Notes under the pieces: model-generated
What the model was told of the DNA's origin: nothing
The model's database searches: none
Seen by the model: only the letters and a program-made list of their open reading frames with translations
In this document: positions 26,593 through 39,930 of the stretch, piece by piece
Position numbering within the stretch: the stretch's first letter is position 1
Layout of the letters: every line of letters begins with the position of its first letter
Source of the DNA: Callorhinchus milii
Lineage: Eukaryota
Length of the DNA stretch: 64,000 nucleotides
Assembly: GCF_018977255.1 (NCBI RefSeq)
Contig: NW_024704743.1
Span: forward strand, 25,608,001 to 25,672,000
Reading direction: 5' to 3'
Made by a program: the position numbers and the translations under genes

Positions 26593-28734
26593 ATGAAAAG
26601 GATCTGGCGAAGAGACACAGTCATGGGATTAATTATCCAATAATATGGCAGAAGAGACTTGATGAATAAGCTCCTTCTGTTCCCAGGTCACAGAGTTTAC
26701 CAACACGCACATGTCTTGGTTTGACATGTCGCATGGACACTTGGCCAACATGGTGCCTGTAGAACCATACTCTAGTGTGAGTCATTGCCTTCAGGAGAGA
26801 TGCATGCAACAAACTGTCATCAGGGAATGCACTTCTGAGTAGATGCTTACTTCATAGAGTAAATTTCCCTGAAATAGTTTGTATCTTCATCATTGTAGTG
26901 TTCTTTTATTTATTTTTAGTTTGCTTCAAAAATTATACGTCACTGGGCAAGGTGACCTTTGGAAAAACAATGCAAGCTGAACACATCTCACCTGGAAAGA
27001 CCAAGGTATAGGTGATGAAATAATATCAATAATAATAAACACCAAACTTCTGTTGAGTTTGTACCTTGCGTTTGGTATAGTGTCTTATCACGTCAGAAGA
27101 ATGCCTCAAAGCGCCTCACAGAAATTTCTGTGAAATGAAGTAACTGTATTTGTAAGCAAACATGGGAGCACAATTGCACGCAGCAATGTCCCACAACTAG
27201 TCATGAAACCAGTGACCAATTTTATTTGGGGGATTGTTGGCCAGGACAACAGAAGAAACTCCCTTCTCTATTCCACCGAAACAGTTTAGTGTCTCATTAA
27301 GTTTTGAAATTATGCCAGTGTCCAAAGTGTGGTAAAGTGTTAATGGCTTGTTTCAGAATAAATTGACCTCCAAAGAGGAGGGGTTTGATGTTATTGGGTT
27401 TCACGAGGATCAGTGACACTGCCACCATTAGAAGCTTTGATTTCTCCCTTTTAAAATGTTTCTGTTGAGTTTGTACATGGTTATTCCCCAGGAAGATGTT
27501 TTTTCTTGGATTATTTCCTAAACTGCAGGGTTAATTGAACAGGCAGCAGCTTTCAATCAATAGAAAACCAACTGGTAGCAAATACTATCTTGCTGGAGTT
27601 ATATTTTACACACACCAAAGTTTTGCGTGATTATTATGTGGTGTCGGGGATGGGATTTCTTTTTTCTTTGGATACCTAAAAGCCAATTAACTTAAGCTCG
27701 TAAAATGTAGCTCACCATCTGATGAGGGCTAACTTTCGGATGTTCTTTGTATTTATACAGAGAAGAGACATTTGAGAATAATTACAGGGTCTTCAGTGTA
27801 CTGAGGGCTTCAGATGACATTTGAAACAATGAGGATGAAGCTTTAACATTTTGTAACTGTAATCCAAATCCAATGATTGAATTACAGCTCCTGTTAACCC
27901 CACTTACCATTGTTCAAAGCATGGTGGTTTGATAGCGTGTTTGTGGGAGGGATTTTTTAGTGTTATTAATAACAATAATACATTTGATGTTGTGCCTTTT
28001 CACATCAGAAAAATGACTCAAAAGTGTCATCATAAAGTGTAGTGATGATAGTTTGATGGGTGTGCACCCGAGCTGTGGGTTGGGATCAAAGAGGAGTGGA
28101 GGGCAAGGGGAGTGGAAGAGGAAAGATGACCGAAGGCATGGTCGAAAAGGAAGGTCTTGAAGGAGGTAAGGGAGGGGGAAAGGCGGAGAGGTTTCGGGAT
28201 GGAGTTCCAGAGGGTGGGGGCAAAAATCTGGGGGGTTTACTACGTGGTTGCATTCACGTTGTTGTTACATTGAGGTAATGATGAGTATTCGGTACTGTTT
28301 ATAAAGCATCCATTCTCAAATATGAGTACTGTATGCTGTACTTTTTCTCCCCCCTCCCCCGCACTAAACGCAACAAAAAATTCTAGAAAGTGCTTTGAGA
28401 CATTTTAACAGGATATGAATATTGAAATTCTTTCTTCTGTCCAAAGCAAAATGCATTTTATTTTCTTGTATTTGCAATCTGTGCCTTCTCAGTGACAGGT
28501 ACTGTGCAGAGAATATTTTTTACTGGATATTACAGTTCAGTTGATGACTGAAAATAGCAGTATAGTCTGAAGGATTGTAACTTGGAGTTGAGAAGCTGTG
28601 AAAGCGAGTGAATTGCATTCTCGGGGAGAGATGATGGAAACACTTTAGCGGATGGTATTGCTGTATTCTTGCATCACTTCACTTGATCATTTCACGGTGA
28701 TTGAAGATTTCAAGCATATTTTACATTTCCAAAT

Positions 28735-28925
28735 GATCCCCAGTGTTAGAGAGATGAGCTATGAGGAATGACTGGATAATCCAGTGCTCTTAAGCTTGAA
28801 AATGAGGGTCTCAGAGAGAACTATAAAGGGTGTATAAGATTCTAAACAAGAAGGACCACAGTTTGTGGTTGTGAAGTATAATTTTAGGGCAGACGCCAGG
28901 AATTTTTTTTCACATGAGAGTAGCC
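28735..28925 (+). mobile_element. Decayed CR1 fragment
   Basis: MIPSVREMSYEE.. and VYKILN resemble the CR1 C-terminus. Confidence 0.5.
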
Positions 28926-30089
28926 ATTAAACTTTATTGAAGGTCAAGATATTGATTTACTCAGAATAAAGCTGGATAGGCACACGCTATGCTCCAGCTC
29001 TTCATTTACATGCATAGTTGTTTTGCTGCCAAATCTGATGGACAAGATTTTTGAGGGTGGATCTCTTATCCACCTTGGGACCTTATCAGTGCCTTGGGAT
29101 GTCCTCCCGACATGAAAGGTACTACGCAAATATAATGTTGTTGTTATTTGTGGAAGCTGGGAATGGTGATGCTATCCACCTATATCTTGGTGGCTGCAGT
29201 AAACCTCGTTCTAGATGCAGATCTCTGCACATTGTTCTCTCTCATATTTCTTCTAAAGCAATAAGCGAATGAACTTTTCTTGCCAAATACACAATTGCTA
29301 TATCTGACAGCAACAACAACTTGCATTTAATATAGTGCCTTCACGTGGGGTAGCATCTTGGAGCAGCACAAATCCTGTGACACACTTTAAGACATCTCAG
29401 CTAAGTGATGAGGCAGTTTATCAAGCGCAGGAATTATTTGAAATACTATTATTAGAGCATTTGCATAGACTGAGTACTGGATAAAACAATAATGCATTTG
29501 CTTGTTATATGTGAGCCGACGCTTTCGGACATCCTCCCGGCGTGAAAGGCGCTCTATAAATGTGTTGTTGTGAGATTAGCTGTGGTACCTGTGCAGAGGT
29601 GGTGCTGCAGTGATAACAAAGAAAAGGGGTCTTTCAGAACCACGAGTGAATGGACAGAGGAACCCGCAAATGTCTGTGCTCACATAAACAAAAGGAGGGA
29701 AAAAACCATCATTAATCTCCCTAAATAAATTCTACTGTTTCATTCATTGATGTCTCAAAGTTATACCATTTTTAAAAAAAATACAATGAAGGCCTGAAAT
29801 TTCTCATTGTTTAACCTTAAGGCTCTTCTCATAAAAATCAAACCTTGTGAATTTAGGAACATTTTAAGTTCGGATCTTAATTTGGAAAGTGGTTTTTCCG
29901 CAGGTCTCGAACTTTTTATTGTAATTGTAGTGCAGTGGCTGTGTATTGTAGTCCAACTGAATCTTATCTAAACATAACTCTGTGTGTGTGCATGTGTTCT
30001 TTTTGATTGATTCTGTGTGTTGGAAGAAGGGGCAAATGGCTGTCTCTCTTACATACAAAACAATCACTATTCTTGATTACTGCTAAGCA

Positions 30090-30505
30090 CAGTGTAATGT
30101 TTTGACCTGATAAGATTTGAGACTTCTCAAAGCGCTTCACAGGATATACTGTAAATTGGATTGAATGTGTATTTTGTGGGCGAAATGTGGCAGCCAGTTT
30201 ACACACAGCAGTGATGGAGTGAGTGACCAATTTTATTTGTGGGATTGTTGGCCAGGCAACCAGGAGAAACTCCCTTCTGTTTTCGAATAGGGCAAATGGG
30301 ATCTTTAACGTCCACCTAAACAGGCAGGTGGGACCTCTGTTTAATGTATAATCAGAAGGACTGCATCTCTGACAATGCAACATTCCCCCAGCGCTGCATT
30401 GCAGTGTCGGGCGAGAGAATATGTGATTCCAAGTCCCGACTTGGGGTTGAACCCACAATCTTCAGACACGAAGATGAGAGTGCTACCACTGAGTCAGGCT
30501 CACAC
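30090..30505 (-). mobile_element. Near full-length Deu-domain SINE
   Basis: tRNA-like head, Deu body (gatctttaacgtccacctaaacaggcag), L2-type tail. Confidence 0.8.
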
Positions 30506-30809
30506 ACACAAATTCCTTCATCTGGGGGAAAAACGTACGAAAGTTACCTGCAGGGAAATGCTTTCACAACAAAATCTTTGATATTCCCAAGAAACCTGCA
30601 GTTGTTTTAAAGCATGAAAGCCAAAAGGAAGATTTGTGGTGGATCATTGTGAGTCAGTGAATGATGGCGGAGAAACAATGCAATTTATGTTTAGATAACG
30701 CTTTTCAAGTTGAGAGGATGTCACAAAAGTGCTTTACACAGCTGACTGTTAGCCCAAATCAGAGGTGGGGATGGAAAGGCAACTAAAAGCATGGTTGAAA
30801 AGGTGATAA

Positions 30810-31182
30810 TACTAACTATACTTACATTTGATATAGTGCTTTATCAAGTCATTGAGACATCTCAAAACGCTTCACAGAAAATACTGTGATGCGAATTGAC
30901 TGTATATTTCTGGGCGAAATGTGGCAGCCAATTGGACACAGTAGTATCCCAGAAACAGTTGTGGATTGAATGATCATATATATATATATATTTTTTTGAC
31001 CGATTATTACCCCCAGAAAGTGATCCACCAATCGACTTACAATCAGGTTTTTCTGCTCACTGTTAGGTAAACAGAATCGTGTGTAGTAAAGAAACTTGCC
31101 TAAGGTTTCACCTTCGCTCGGGAATTGACCTGGGTCCTCTCGCTTGCAAGGTGAGTGCTCTAACCAATACGCTACAGGACTC
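30810..31182 (-). mobile_element. tRNA-derived SINE (family A)
   Basis: Ends gctacaggactcc; anticodon arm reverse complement cgcttgcaaggtgag. Confidence 0.85.
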
Positions 31183-33617
31183 CAAAATGGGCCTGAAAGT
31201 GATCTTTAAAATTAGGAAGGGAGAGAGGAGATGATGCACAAAAACTCCCAAGATGGAGTTTTAGACAGCGTGGGTAGAAGCTTGACCGCCTATGGTAAAA
31301 AAAAATCTCCGGCTCCGAAAGCAATGGACTAAATTGGTCACGTGGCCTACGGCTGCTTGTAAACTTTTGGCTGTGCAAGTGATCTGTGTCATGGATCATG
31401 TGGGTTGCAGCTGAAAAACATTCTTCCCGGTCGGTCAAGCAGATAGCAGATTCTCCTTGCTCGTGTAATTTAGTTTGAATCAACAAGCTGATGCTCGATT
31501 GTTTGTTAATGATGTAGGTCTTTTATAAATCCTGCTCTGCAGCTGGTCTCCAGGACTCTTGGCAGGCTTCGTGGGGGTTTGTCTGCAAACGTGCCGAGAG
31601 AGAGACCCAGCAAAGAGGACTCGGTATGGGCGTAGGTCAACATTAACTCAATTACCGATCATTGGATGTTGTTGTGCCAGTGTTAGCCATTGTTGGTGTG
31701 TGTCTCTCTCGTGCTGCATTTCTCTTCTCGAACCATTACGAGGAGAAGTCATTCGGTGATGCCGTTTTTTTTTCGCCCCCCTGAGTGCCATAAATTTATA
31801 GGTATATGTAGGGATAGCATAGGTAATGGGTGGTCAGGGCTAGAAGGGGTTTAGCCCCCACATCCCTTCCCAAATCTATCTCCAGCTCACCTCCTTAATG
31901 GAAGATGGGAGGGGGAAGCCCTGAGGCCAGTCCTCTGACCAACCAGTAAACGTGCCAGTCAATCCAACAGCTCACCTGTCTTAAAGGGGACCGAGCCTTC
32001 AACTGAGTTTTACTCAGTGGCCCCTGCCTTCAGTAACCCCTACCCCCTGTGCCCCCCTCCAAGAAGATTTTCACCTGCCAACAATGGGTTTTGGGTCTTT
32101 TTTTTTTGCCCCATTTTGTTTTAAAGGAGTACCGTCTTTCTGAATGTTGTTTTGCAATCCTTTTATGTTTGCAGACAAACGTTGACCCAGCTTATATTGA
32201 AACATGTTGATGCTGTGCAACAATGTGTGTGCGTGCGTGTGTGTGTGATTGATGAGAGGGTGTGTATGTATGTGTGTATAGTTTCAGTGAGCGAGGGGTG
32301 GGGGGTTCTAGCTTCAGAAGTAGGCAGCCTTTATTGGTCGTGAGTGGGTGATGGCGAAGTCAGCTCATTAAATCACTACTGCCCTGTGGTGATGGTGCTT
32401 TGACTGATCTCCTCCCTTCTTTCCTGTTTCTTCCCCCTCCCCTTTCGTGGGTCAGATATGGGTCCTGCAACTTTGCGCAGAGTTGTGCAATACCTGCACT
32501 TTCCAAGGCTTTGTGGTGGCTCACTGACTATTTCATATGCTGACGTCACCAACCAAGTCTTTTCTTCAAAATGATTTGTTTTTTCCCCTCATGTTTTCTC
32601 TGTGATAAGAGTTGAGCATCTAAATCCTCCGCACCCTTTTTTCCTTTTCAATCGTTGTGTAACCTTTTGGCACACACCTTTTTTTTTTGTCTTTTCAAAA
32701 GGTTTAAAATGCCAACACACACATACATGTGCTGCAGAACCTGCCCAGAATGAGCTTGTAAACTGAGACAACATGAGACACCCATCTGATCTTGTGAAGT
32801 CAAGGAGTGTTTAAGGTGCAGTTTAGGCCGTTTTGTAATATTTTCTCACAGAACTTCAACTCTAGAGCAAGCGAGCTCTTCGGTTTCCATATTAAACACG
32901 CAAACAATACAAAGTCAGAGTGTTAGAATTTTCATTTTTTTTTACCATTTGAAAGAATTTGAATTGATTGTTTTTGGTCTTTTTGCCCCATTTTGTTTTA
33001 AAAGAGCACTGTCTTTCTGAATATTGTTTTGCAATCCTTTTATGTTTGCAGACAAAATTTGACGCAGATTATATTGAAACATGTTGATGCTGTGCAGCAA
33101 TGTGTGTGGGTGTGACTGATGAGAGGGTGTATGGCTGGTTATGCTGTACCTCCTCTTCAGGCTACTAGTGACTGTCTCTTTAAAGAGCTGTGAATTAAAT
33201 TATTTGTGTAGGGTGAGGATAGTGTCCTTTAGACCAGAGATTTTGTCCTTTTATCTCTATTGTGTTTTATGTGTGTGAAATATATTGTGTGTTGTATACT
33301 GTGTCTGTACCTGCAATATATTGTGTGTGCCGTTGTATATTGTGTGTGTGGGGTGGGTGGGCGGGCGCAGTATGTGTGTGTGTGCTTAATAATAATAATT
33401 CTTGCATTTGATATAGTGCCTTATCATGTCTTCGAGACCTCTCAAAGCGCTTCACAGAATATACTGTAAAGTGAATTCTCAGGACATCCAGACTGTGGAA
33501 CTTCCCACCTCCCTCAGCCTTCCTTTCCTCCTACAATCTACTAATACAATACTGAAAACTCGAGTGTCACCTGAACACGAATCACTACCTCTTTGAAAAC
33601 GTGACCTTTCACTTAAT

Positions 33618-33900
33618 TTTTTTTTGGTCAGCTGGGTGCGGCAATCCATCTCCATGGTAGACTATCCAAACCAATAGTTCCACATATATATGCCACCTAC
33701 ACATGGAAATTCCTTGTGAGAAGCATCCTGCTTACCTAATTCAGGAGAGTATTAGGCGCAGGTTGGCAAAAGCCAAGAAATGTACGTTGGGGGAACTGCT
33801 GGAATATCACCAGCTAAAACTGCAGAGCTTGCCATTGAAAGCACTATCTGGCAAGTTTTCCCACTGCTTGTCCAGCGAGGACTATCCTCGTCCTTGGCCA
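33618..33900 (-). mobile_element. 3' end of an old poly(A)-tailed non-LTR element
   Basis: Starts (T)n-ggtcagctgggtg; shared with copies at 16462, 24680, 41510 (+), 47940, 55200 and 62676. Confidence 0.6.
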
Positions 33901-34361
33901 AATTGAACTCCAGGATCTGGTTGCCTCTCCATACCAGGAATCTGGTTTGACAATAAACATTTGACATCTGTGGAGCACGGACGTCTTCCCCTCCCTCGTT
34001 TGCATAGAGCTCTTGACTGACATTATCATGTAAATATTGGAAGATGTTGATACGTTCTTCCGTATGTGAATTGCCATCACAGACATTTTTGTAGCTTCAG
34101 GAGCAAAATCATTGATTTTCAGACGCATCTCTGACCTCCATTACTATTCTTCGGTAGCGGATCTAATCCCTGACATTCGTAGTGGTGGTTTATGGCTGCG
34201 TGAATGTTTTGATGTCTCCGAATATTTACACAGCAACATCAAGACATCTCCATGTGTGTGAAATATCTTTTAATTACAGATGGTTTACAGAGATTCTAAA
34301 AGCATATCAATTTATTAAACACTTTAATCCACTTTCTGGACTGCAGAGTTCCGGAGAAAAT

Positions 34362-35535
34362 AACACACAAAATACTGCAGATGCTGGAAATCTGAAACAA
34401 AAACAGAGAGATCTGGGAAAACTCAGCAGGTCAGGCAGCATCTATGGAGAAAGGAATGTGAGTCAACGTTTCAGGTCCACGACTCTTCATCAGAACTGGG
34501 ACATGTTGGGAGGGAGAGGTTTTAAGGACAAGTTGAGCGGGGGAGGCAGGACAAGGAAGACAAAAAGAAGACAAAGGAGAGAATGTGTTAGCACTTTGGA
34601 CGTCCTCCTGACATGAAAGGCGTTCTATAAATGTAATTTTGTTGTTGTAGTTGATGGGTTAAAGGGGTGATAGTGGATCGTTCCCTCCGGGATTCCTTAA
34701 TTCATTCTGCCATCAGCACTACCAGTTGCTCTCCTTCCCCTGGCACCTTCCCATGCCAGTGCAGGAGATGCAATATCTGCCCTTTTACCTCCTCCCAGAC
34801 CACTATCCAAGGCCCCAAACACAGCTTCCATGTAAGACAGTGGTTTACATGTACTACCACCAATGTAGTATACTGTATCTGCTGCTCATGGTGTGGTGTC
34901 CTCTATATTGGGGAGACTAAGCGCAGATTGGGTGACTGATTTGCAGAACACCTTCGTTCTGTATGCAAGGTGAAACCTGATCTTCCGGTCTCCTGCCATT
35001 TTAACTCGCACTCCCATTCACAGTTTGACCTCTCCATCCATGGTCTCCTACGCTGTTCCAATGATCCACAGCGAAAGCTTGAAAGCATCTTAACTGTCTG
35101 CTAGGGACCTTACAGCTCTCTGGCCTCAATATCGATTTCAGCCACTTCAGACCATAATAGCTCACCTTCCCCCCTCCCCCTCTTTTCGTTACCAGAAGAT
35201 TTATCTTCTGTTATCATTACAATCGTCACCCCAGACACTCTGTGTCTCTGGTGTGTTGCCTGTTCTGCACGATTAACAATCTTCTCCCCAGTTTTGTTTC
35301 AACCCACCCTCCCTTTTGTTTTACGCCACTATCACCGCTTTAACCCATCAACTAACACATTCTCTTCTTTGTCTTTTTTGTCATCTTTGATCCTCCTTGT
35401 CCTGCCTCCCCCTCTCAACTTGTCCTTAGAAACCTCTCCCTCCCAACATGCTCCAGTTCTGACGAAGGATTGTGAACCTGAAACGTTGACTCACTTTCTC
35501 CATAGATGCTGCTTGACTTGCTGAGTTTTCTCAGC
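34362..35535 (+). mobile_element. Penelope-like element: GIY-YIG endonuclease remnant between inverted terminal repeats
   Basis: PGTFPCQCRRCNICP..FTCTTTNVVYCICCSWCGVLYIGETKRRLGD*FAEHLRSV..HFN; 34415-34590 is the reverse complement of about 35351-35533. Confidence 0.85.
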
Positions 35536-35539
35536 TCTC

Positions 35540-36430
35540 GCTGCTTTTGCGTCCAGAGAAAATAAGCCTGGCACAGCCACAGTAATCCAAGGCATGCTTG
35601 TTGATGTAAGGTTCACCGTATTTATTACATTGAATGGGTCAGAGGCAGATCCCACCATTATTCTCAACGGTGAGGCCTGAGAAGCTAGTTTCAATGCAAG
35701 ATCTTGGACTCTTGACCTTTGACTGGAGGATATTGGCAAGCCTCTAATGTCCCACTAACCATCAGTCTGAGCACATTATCAATGAGCTGGAAATTCAAGT
35801 CTGGATTGGTTTCTCCAACTTCATGATTCACAGCAGCGTGAGGGGGGAGGAGCCTTGGGTCAAACGTTTTAATCTTCTGAGCTGGAGATGTGCCACAACT
35901 TCTGATCCACTCCCACCACCCCTGTGCTGAGTTTATCTGGATTTGGCCACAGCACTCCTTGGTTGGAGAGGGGAACCATTCAGGGGGCATAGTTACATCC
36001 ACGTTAATCTGACTGTCTGGTGCCAATCTGCCAAATGTAATTTGGTTTTGTGCCAGCAAAAATGTAATGCAAGCATTGTATTCAGTGTCGTGACTGCTGC
36101 AGAGTGTCCTAACCTGAAACCCAGGTCTTGTCTCCAGCTGGCTGTCCTCATCACCTGTAGTGGTTTTGAATATGCATTTTATGTTGCTAACCAGGATATT
36201 GCTGCTCTTGGTTGCTAGCACTGCTGCCAGTTGCTGTTGGTTGGATACATAGGTGAGGCTTGTTTCATTGGGGCTCATCAGTGGTGATGCTAGGTTATTT
36301 GGCTGAGGATTTGAGGATTGCAAACAGTAGCGGCTCTTAATGTGAGACAGATGAATGGCACTGGCCCTTTTTTCATTGACTATTTTATGAGGGACATCAG
36401 TAATCACAGTGGGTTGCTCTTTGTGTGAAG
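35540..36430 (-). mobile_element. Highly decayed non-LTR RT-like remnant
   Basis: Scattered RT-thumb-like peptides across frames (LNGSPLQ, GVDQKLWHIS); family unclear. Confidence 0.35.
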
Positions 36431-36636
36431 AGGAAAAGGGCCAAACGTCATTCTGCAGGGTTTAAGACCGTGTGTTGACTTTATCAACAAAACATTGCAA
36501 AACATTTTCATTCAGGCAAAAAAAGAACAAATGTCATTTTCAATGTGGCATTGTCTTCAAAGCAACTCTATATTTTAGGATACGGTGTGTGCTTTAACAT
36601 GCAGAATGTATTTTGTGTTTATTATAAAATGAATGA

Positions 36637-37150
36637 CAACAAAAACAACAAAATTACACTTATAGTGCACCTTTCACGTTTGGAGGATGTCCCAAAACGC
36701 TGGACAGTCAGGGGTCAGGACCTGAGCATGAGGGAGGGGTGGGGTAGGGGTGAGGGAAGGGAGAGAGGTGGGAGCTCGACCAAAGGCACGATCGAAGAGA
36801 AGGGTCTTGAGACTGGCCTTGAAGGAGACAAGGGAGGAAGTGAGGTGAAGGGACCGTGGGATGGAGTTCCAGAGTGTGGGGGCAGAGAGGCTGAAAGCCT
36901 GGCCACCGATGGTGGGGCGGGAGACATAGAGCAGGCCGGAGCCCGATGAACGGAGAGAGCGGGCAGGTTGGTAGGGAGTCAGCAGGTCAGAGAGGTAGGA
37001 GGGAGCAAGGCCATGGATGGCCTTGACAGTGAGGATGAGGATCTTGAATTCGATCTTCTGAGGGATGGGGAACCAATGGAGTTGGGCAAGGGTGGGAGTG
37101 ATGGGGTCACATGAGCTGCAGAGTTTTGGATGATCTGTGAAGGGAGGCTT
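36637..37150 (-). mobile_element. LINE-2 3' end
   Basis: ORF 36674-37162 ITPTLAQLHWFP..FKILILTVKAIHGLAPSYLSDLL..LRSS..APTLWNSIP. Confidence 0.9.
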
Positions 37151-37214
37151 TAAAGCTACCATAGTCTAGATTAACTATTTAGGTGGGATTTTAGATAATA
37201 AATTTAATAAGAAA

Positions 37215-37610
37215 TTGTTGCATTTGATACAGTGCCTTATGTTGAAACATCTCAAAGCGCTTCAGAATTATCATTGTAAAGTGTAGTGACTGCATTTGTA
37301 GGTGAACAAGTCAGCCAATTTGCACACAGCAGATAGTCATGAAATGAATGACCAATTTTAACCGGAAAATTGTTGGCCAGGACACAGGGAGAAACTCCTT
37401 TCTCTTTCCAAATAGTAATGTGGATTCTTTAATGTCATGACCTCGGATTTAACATCTCACTTGAAGCATGACATCTCCAAAAATGCAGCTCTCCTCAGCA
37501 CTAACTGGAGTGTTGGCCTAGACTATGAACTCAAAGACCTAGATGTGGAATTTGATCCCACACCATTTTGATCCATAGATGAGAGTGCTACCAACTGAGA
37601 CAAACTCACA
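37215..37610 (-). mobile_element. Deu-domain SINE
   Basis: Tail, Deu body and head in reverse orientation. Confidence 0.75.
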
Positions 37611-37715
37611 CCCACAATTTCTTGAACATTTTTAAAATTCAGCCTCAATTTTGAAGCTGGTTTTCTACAAGCTCTTTTAAGAACTACCAGAAATCCAACG
37701 TCAAAGTTAAGATGT

Positions 37716-38080
37716 GGATTCCTGTAGCTTAGTGGTTAGAGCACTCGCCTTGCAAGCGAGAGGACCTGGGTTCAATTCCCAGGCAGGGCGAAAAGTTGGG
37801 CATGTTTCCTTACTCCACGCGCCTATGTTTACCTAGCAGTAAGTAGGAACCCAGTGGTTAGTTGATTGGCGGGTTGCTTTTCTGGGGGTAATAATCCCTT
37901 AAAAAAATAATAATTTGGGCACTTAATCCATGACTGTTTGTAGAAGACTGCTATGTGCAATTAGCTGCTGTGTTTCACCCACAAAACATAGTCAGTTCAC
38001 CTTACAGTATTTTCGATGAAGCGCTTTGAGATGTCTCGAAGACGTGACGAGATGTCATATCAAATGCAAGGATTATTATT
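37716..38080 (+). mobile_element. Full-length tRNA(Ala)-derived SINE (family A)
   Basis: A box tagcttagtgg, anticodon arm ctcgc-cttgcaa-gcgag, B box ggttcaattcc, L2-type tail ending caaatgcaaggattattatt. Confidence 0.9.
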
Positions 38081-38182
38081 AAGACTGAATCGACAATTTG
38101 CCACATTTTGCACATTTTAACATGCTGCTAAATAGTGTAAATCTAGACCCTGGTGGAGTTTTCTCCCCCAAATAAATAAATA

Positions 38183-38565
38183 GATAATAATAATCCTTGC
38201 ATTTGTTATAGCGCTTTTCATGTTCGGAGGACGTCCCAAAGCGCTTCACAGGATTTACTGTAAAGTACAGTGTTTTTGTAGACGAAAGCAAATTATGCCA
38301 CAAACAGCCGCTGTTGGCCGGACACCGGGAGAAACTCCCTTCTCTTTTCAAACAGTGCCATGGGACCTCGAACATCCACCTGAACAGGCAGACAGTTTAA
38401 CATCTCATCTGAAAGATGGCACCTCCCACAATCCAAATCCCCCCCCCCACATTTGATTGCATTGGAGTGTCAGTTCAGACAATGTGCGTTCAAGTCCTGA
38501 CATGGGGCTTGAACGCACTGTCTTCCCACTCTTGAGGTGAGAGTGCTGCCGCTGAGCCAGACTGC
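38183..38565 (-). mobile_element. Deu-domain SINE
   Basis: catccacctgaacaggcagac; tail at 38183. Confidence 0.8.
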
Positions 38566-39287
38566 TGTGATTTACAGCTTGTAGAGATTGCACTTTACAG
38601 CCAAAGTATTTGAGTATTGCTGAGCTCATAAGTCGCCAGCCTTCTCTAAAACCAGATCCAAATGCCTGTTTTTTAGAGAAGTCTCACGACTTGTCAGCTC
38701 AGCACAAAGCAGAAATATTTGTTCTTGAAAGGAGGGTGTGTTTACGGTATAGGTTAACTACAGATGAATCAGACTGGTGGAGTGAAGCTAAACTGTTTTG
38801 ATGCCTGCCTAGATTATGGCCTTTGTTTTCATTCTCCCTCACTATCAGTTGAGTATTTATTTGGGTCATTTTTATTATTAACAATGTAAGATTCGATTGG
38901 GTTGAGGTTTGAGTTTGGGTCTTACCTGCGGCATTGTAATTAGCTACGGCCCTCATAGGTTAGGGAGGGGAAAGGTAAGCGTGGGTTATCAAGAGGAAAG
39001 CTTAAAATAATAATAATTATAATCCTTGCATTTGATACAATACCTTTCAGGTCAGGATGACATCTCAAGGCACTTCACTGGACTGACCTAGGTTGTCCCA
39101 GGTTATCAAGGAGAAAGGTTTGGCTGTTTTCTCACTCCTGTTTTGATGGCCTCACCCAATAGAATGGTCTATAGACCCTCTCAGTTGAGGCTCGTACAAG
39201 AAGAACGGTCACTTGGGCTGGGTCTCATAAGTGTCGTCAATTTCAGGAGACAAAGGAAGAACGTTACCCAGAATAAGATGAGTCTTT

Positions 39288-39930
39288 ACAATACAAAATT
39301 ACATTTGTAAAGTGCCTTACAAGTGTCCAGGAGGACATCCCAAGGCACTGTACAGTCAGGGACCCGGAGAGGAGGGGTCGTTGGGATCAGGGAGGGTGAT
39401 GGGTAGGAGGATGGCTGAAGGCACGGTGAAAGAGGAAAGTTTTGAGGCTTCGAAGGAGGCAAGGGAGGGAGCGAGGCGAAGGGAATGTGGGATGGAGTTC
39501 TAGAGGGTGGGGGCAGAGAGGCTGAAGGCCCGACCGCCGATAGTGGGGCAGGCTTGGTGGGGGATATAGAGCAGGTCGGAGCCTGCTGAGCGGAGGGAGT
39601 GGACAGGTTGATATGGGATTAGCTGGTTGGAGGGGGGCAAGGCCGTAGAGGGCCGAGAAGGTGAGGACGAGAATTTTGAACTCGATCCTCTGAGGGATGG
39701 GGAGCCAGTGGAGCCGGGCGAGGGTGGGTGTGATGGGATCACGGAGCCTGGTGTGGGAGAGGACACGAGCTGCAGAGTACTGGATGATCTGCAGTTTGTG
39801 GAGGGAAGAATTGGGAAGGCTGACAAGCAGGGCATAGTTGAGCTTGGTTGTAATGAAGGCAAGTATGAGGGTTTTGGCAGCCTGATGGGTGAGGCAGGGG
39901 CAGAGTCGGGCAATGTTGTGGAGGTGGGGG
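39288..39930 (-). mobile_element. LINE-2 3' end
   Basis: YQPVHSLRSAGSDLLYIP..GGRAFSLSAPTL; L2 tail. Confidence 0.85.

Noticed and set aside
35691..36407. 238-aa minus-strand ORF as a host gene
   Set aside because: No recognisable domain or splice structure; RT-like words fall in other frames, suggesting a decayed retroelement.
37719..37790. tRNA-Ala genes here and at 44480, 63261 and other copies
   Set aside because: Each continues into the same SINE body and tail, so they are SINE heads, not stand-alone tRNA genes.
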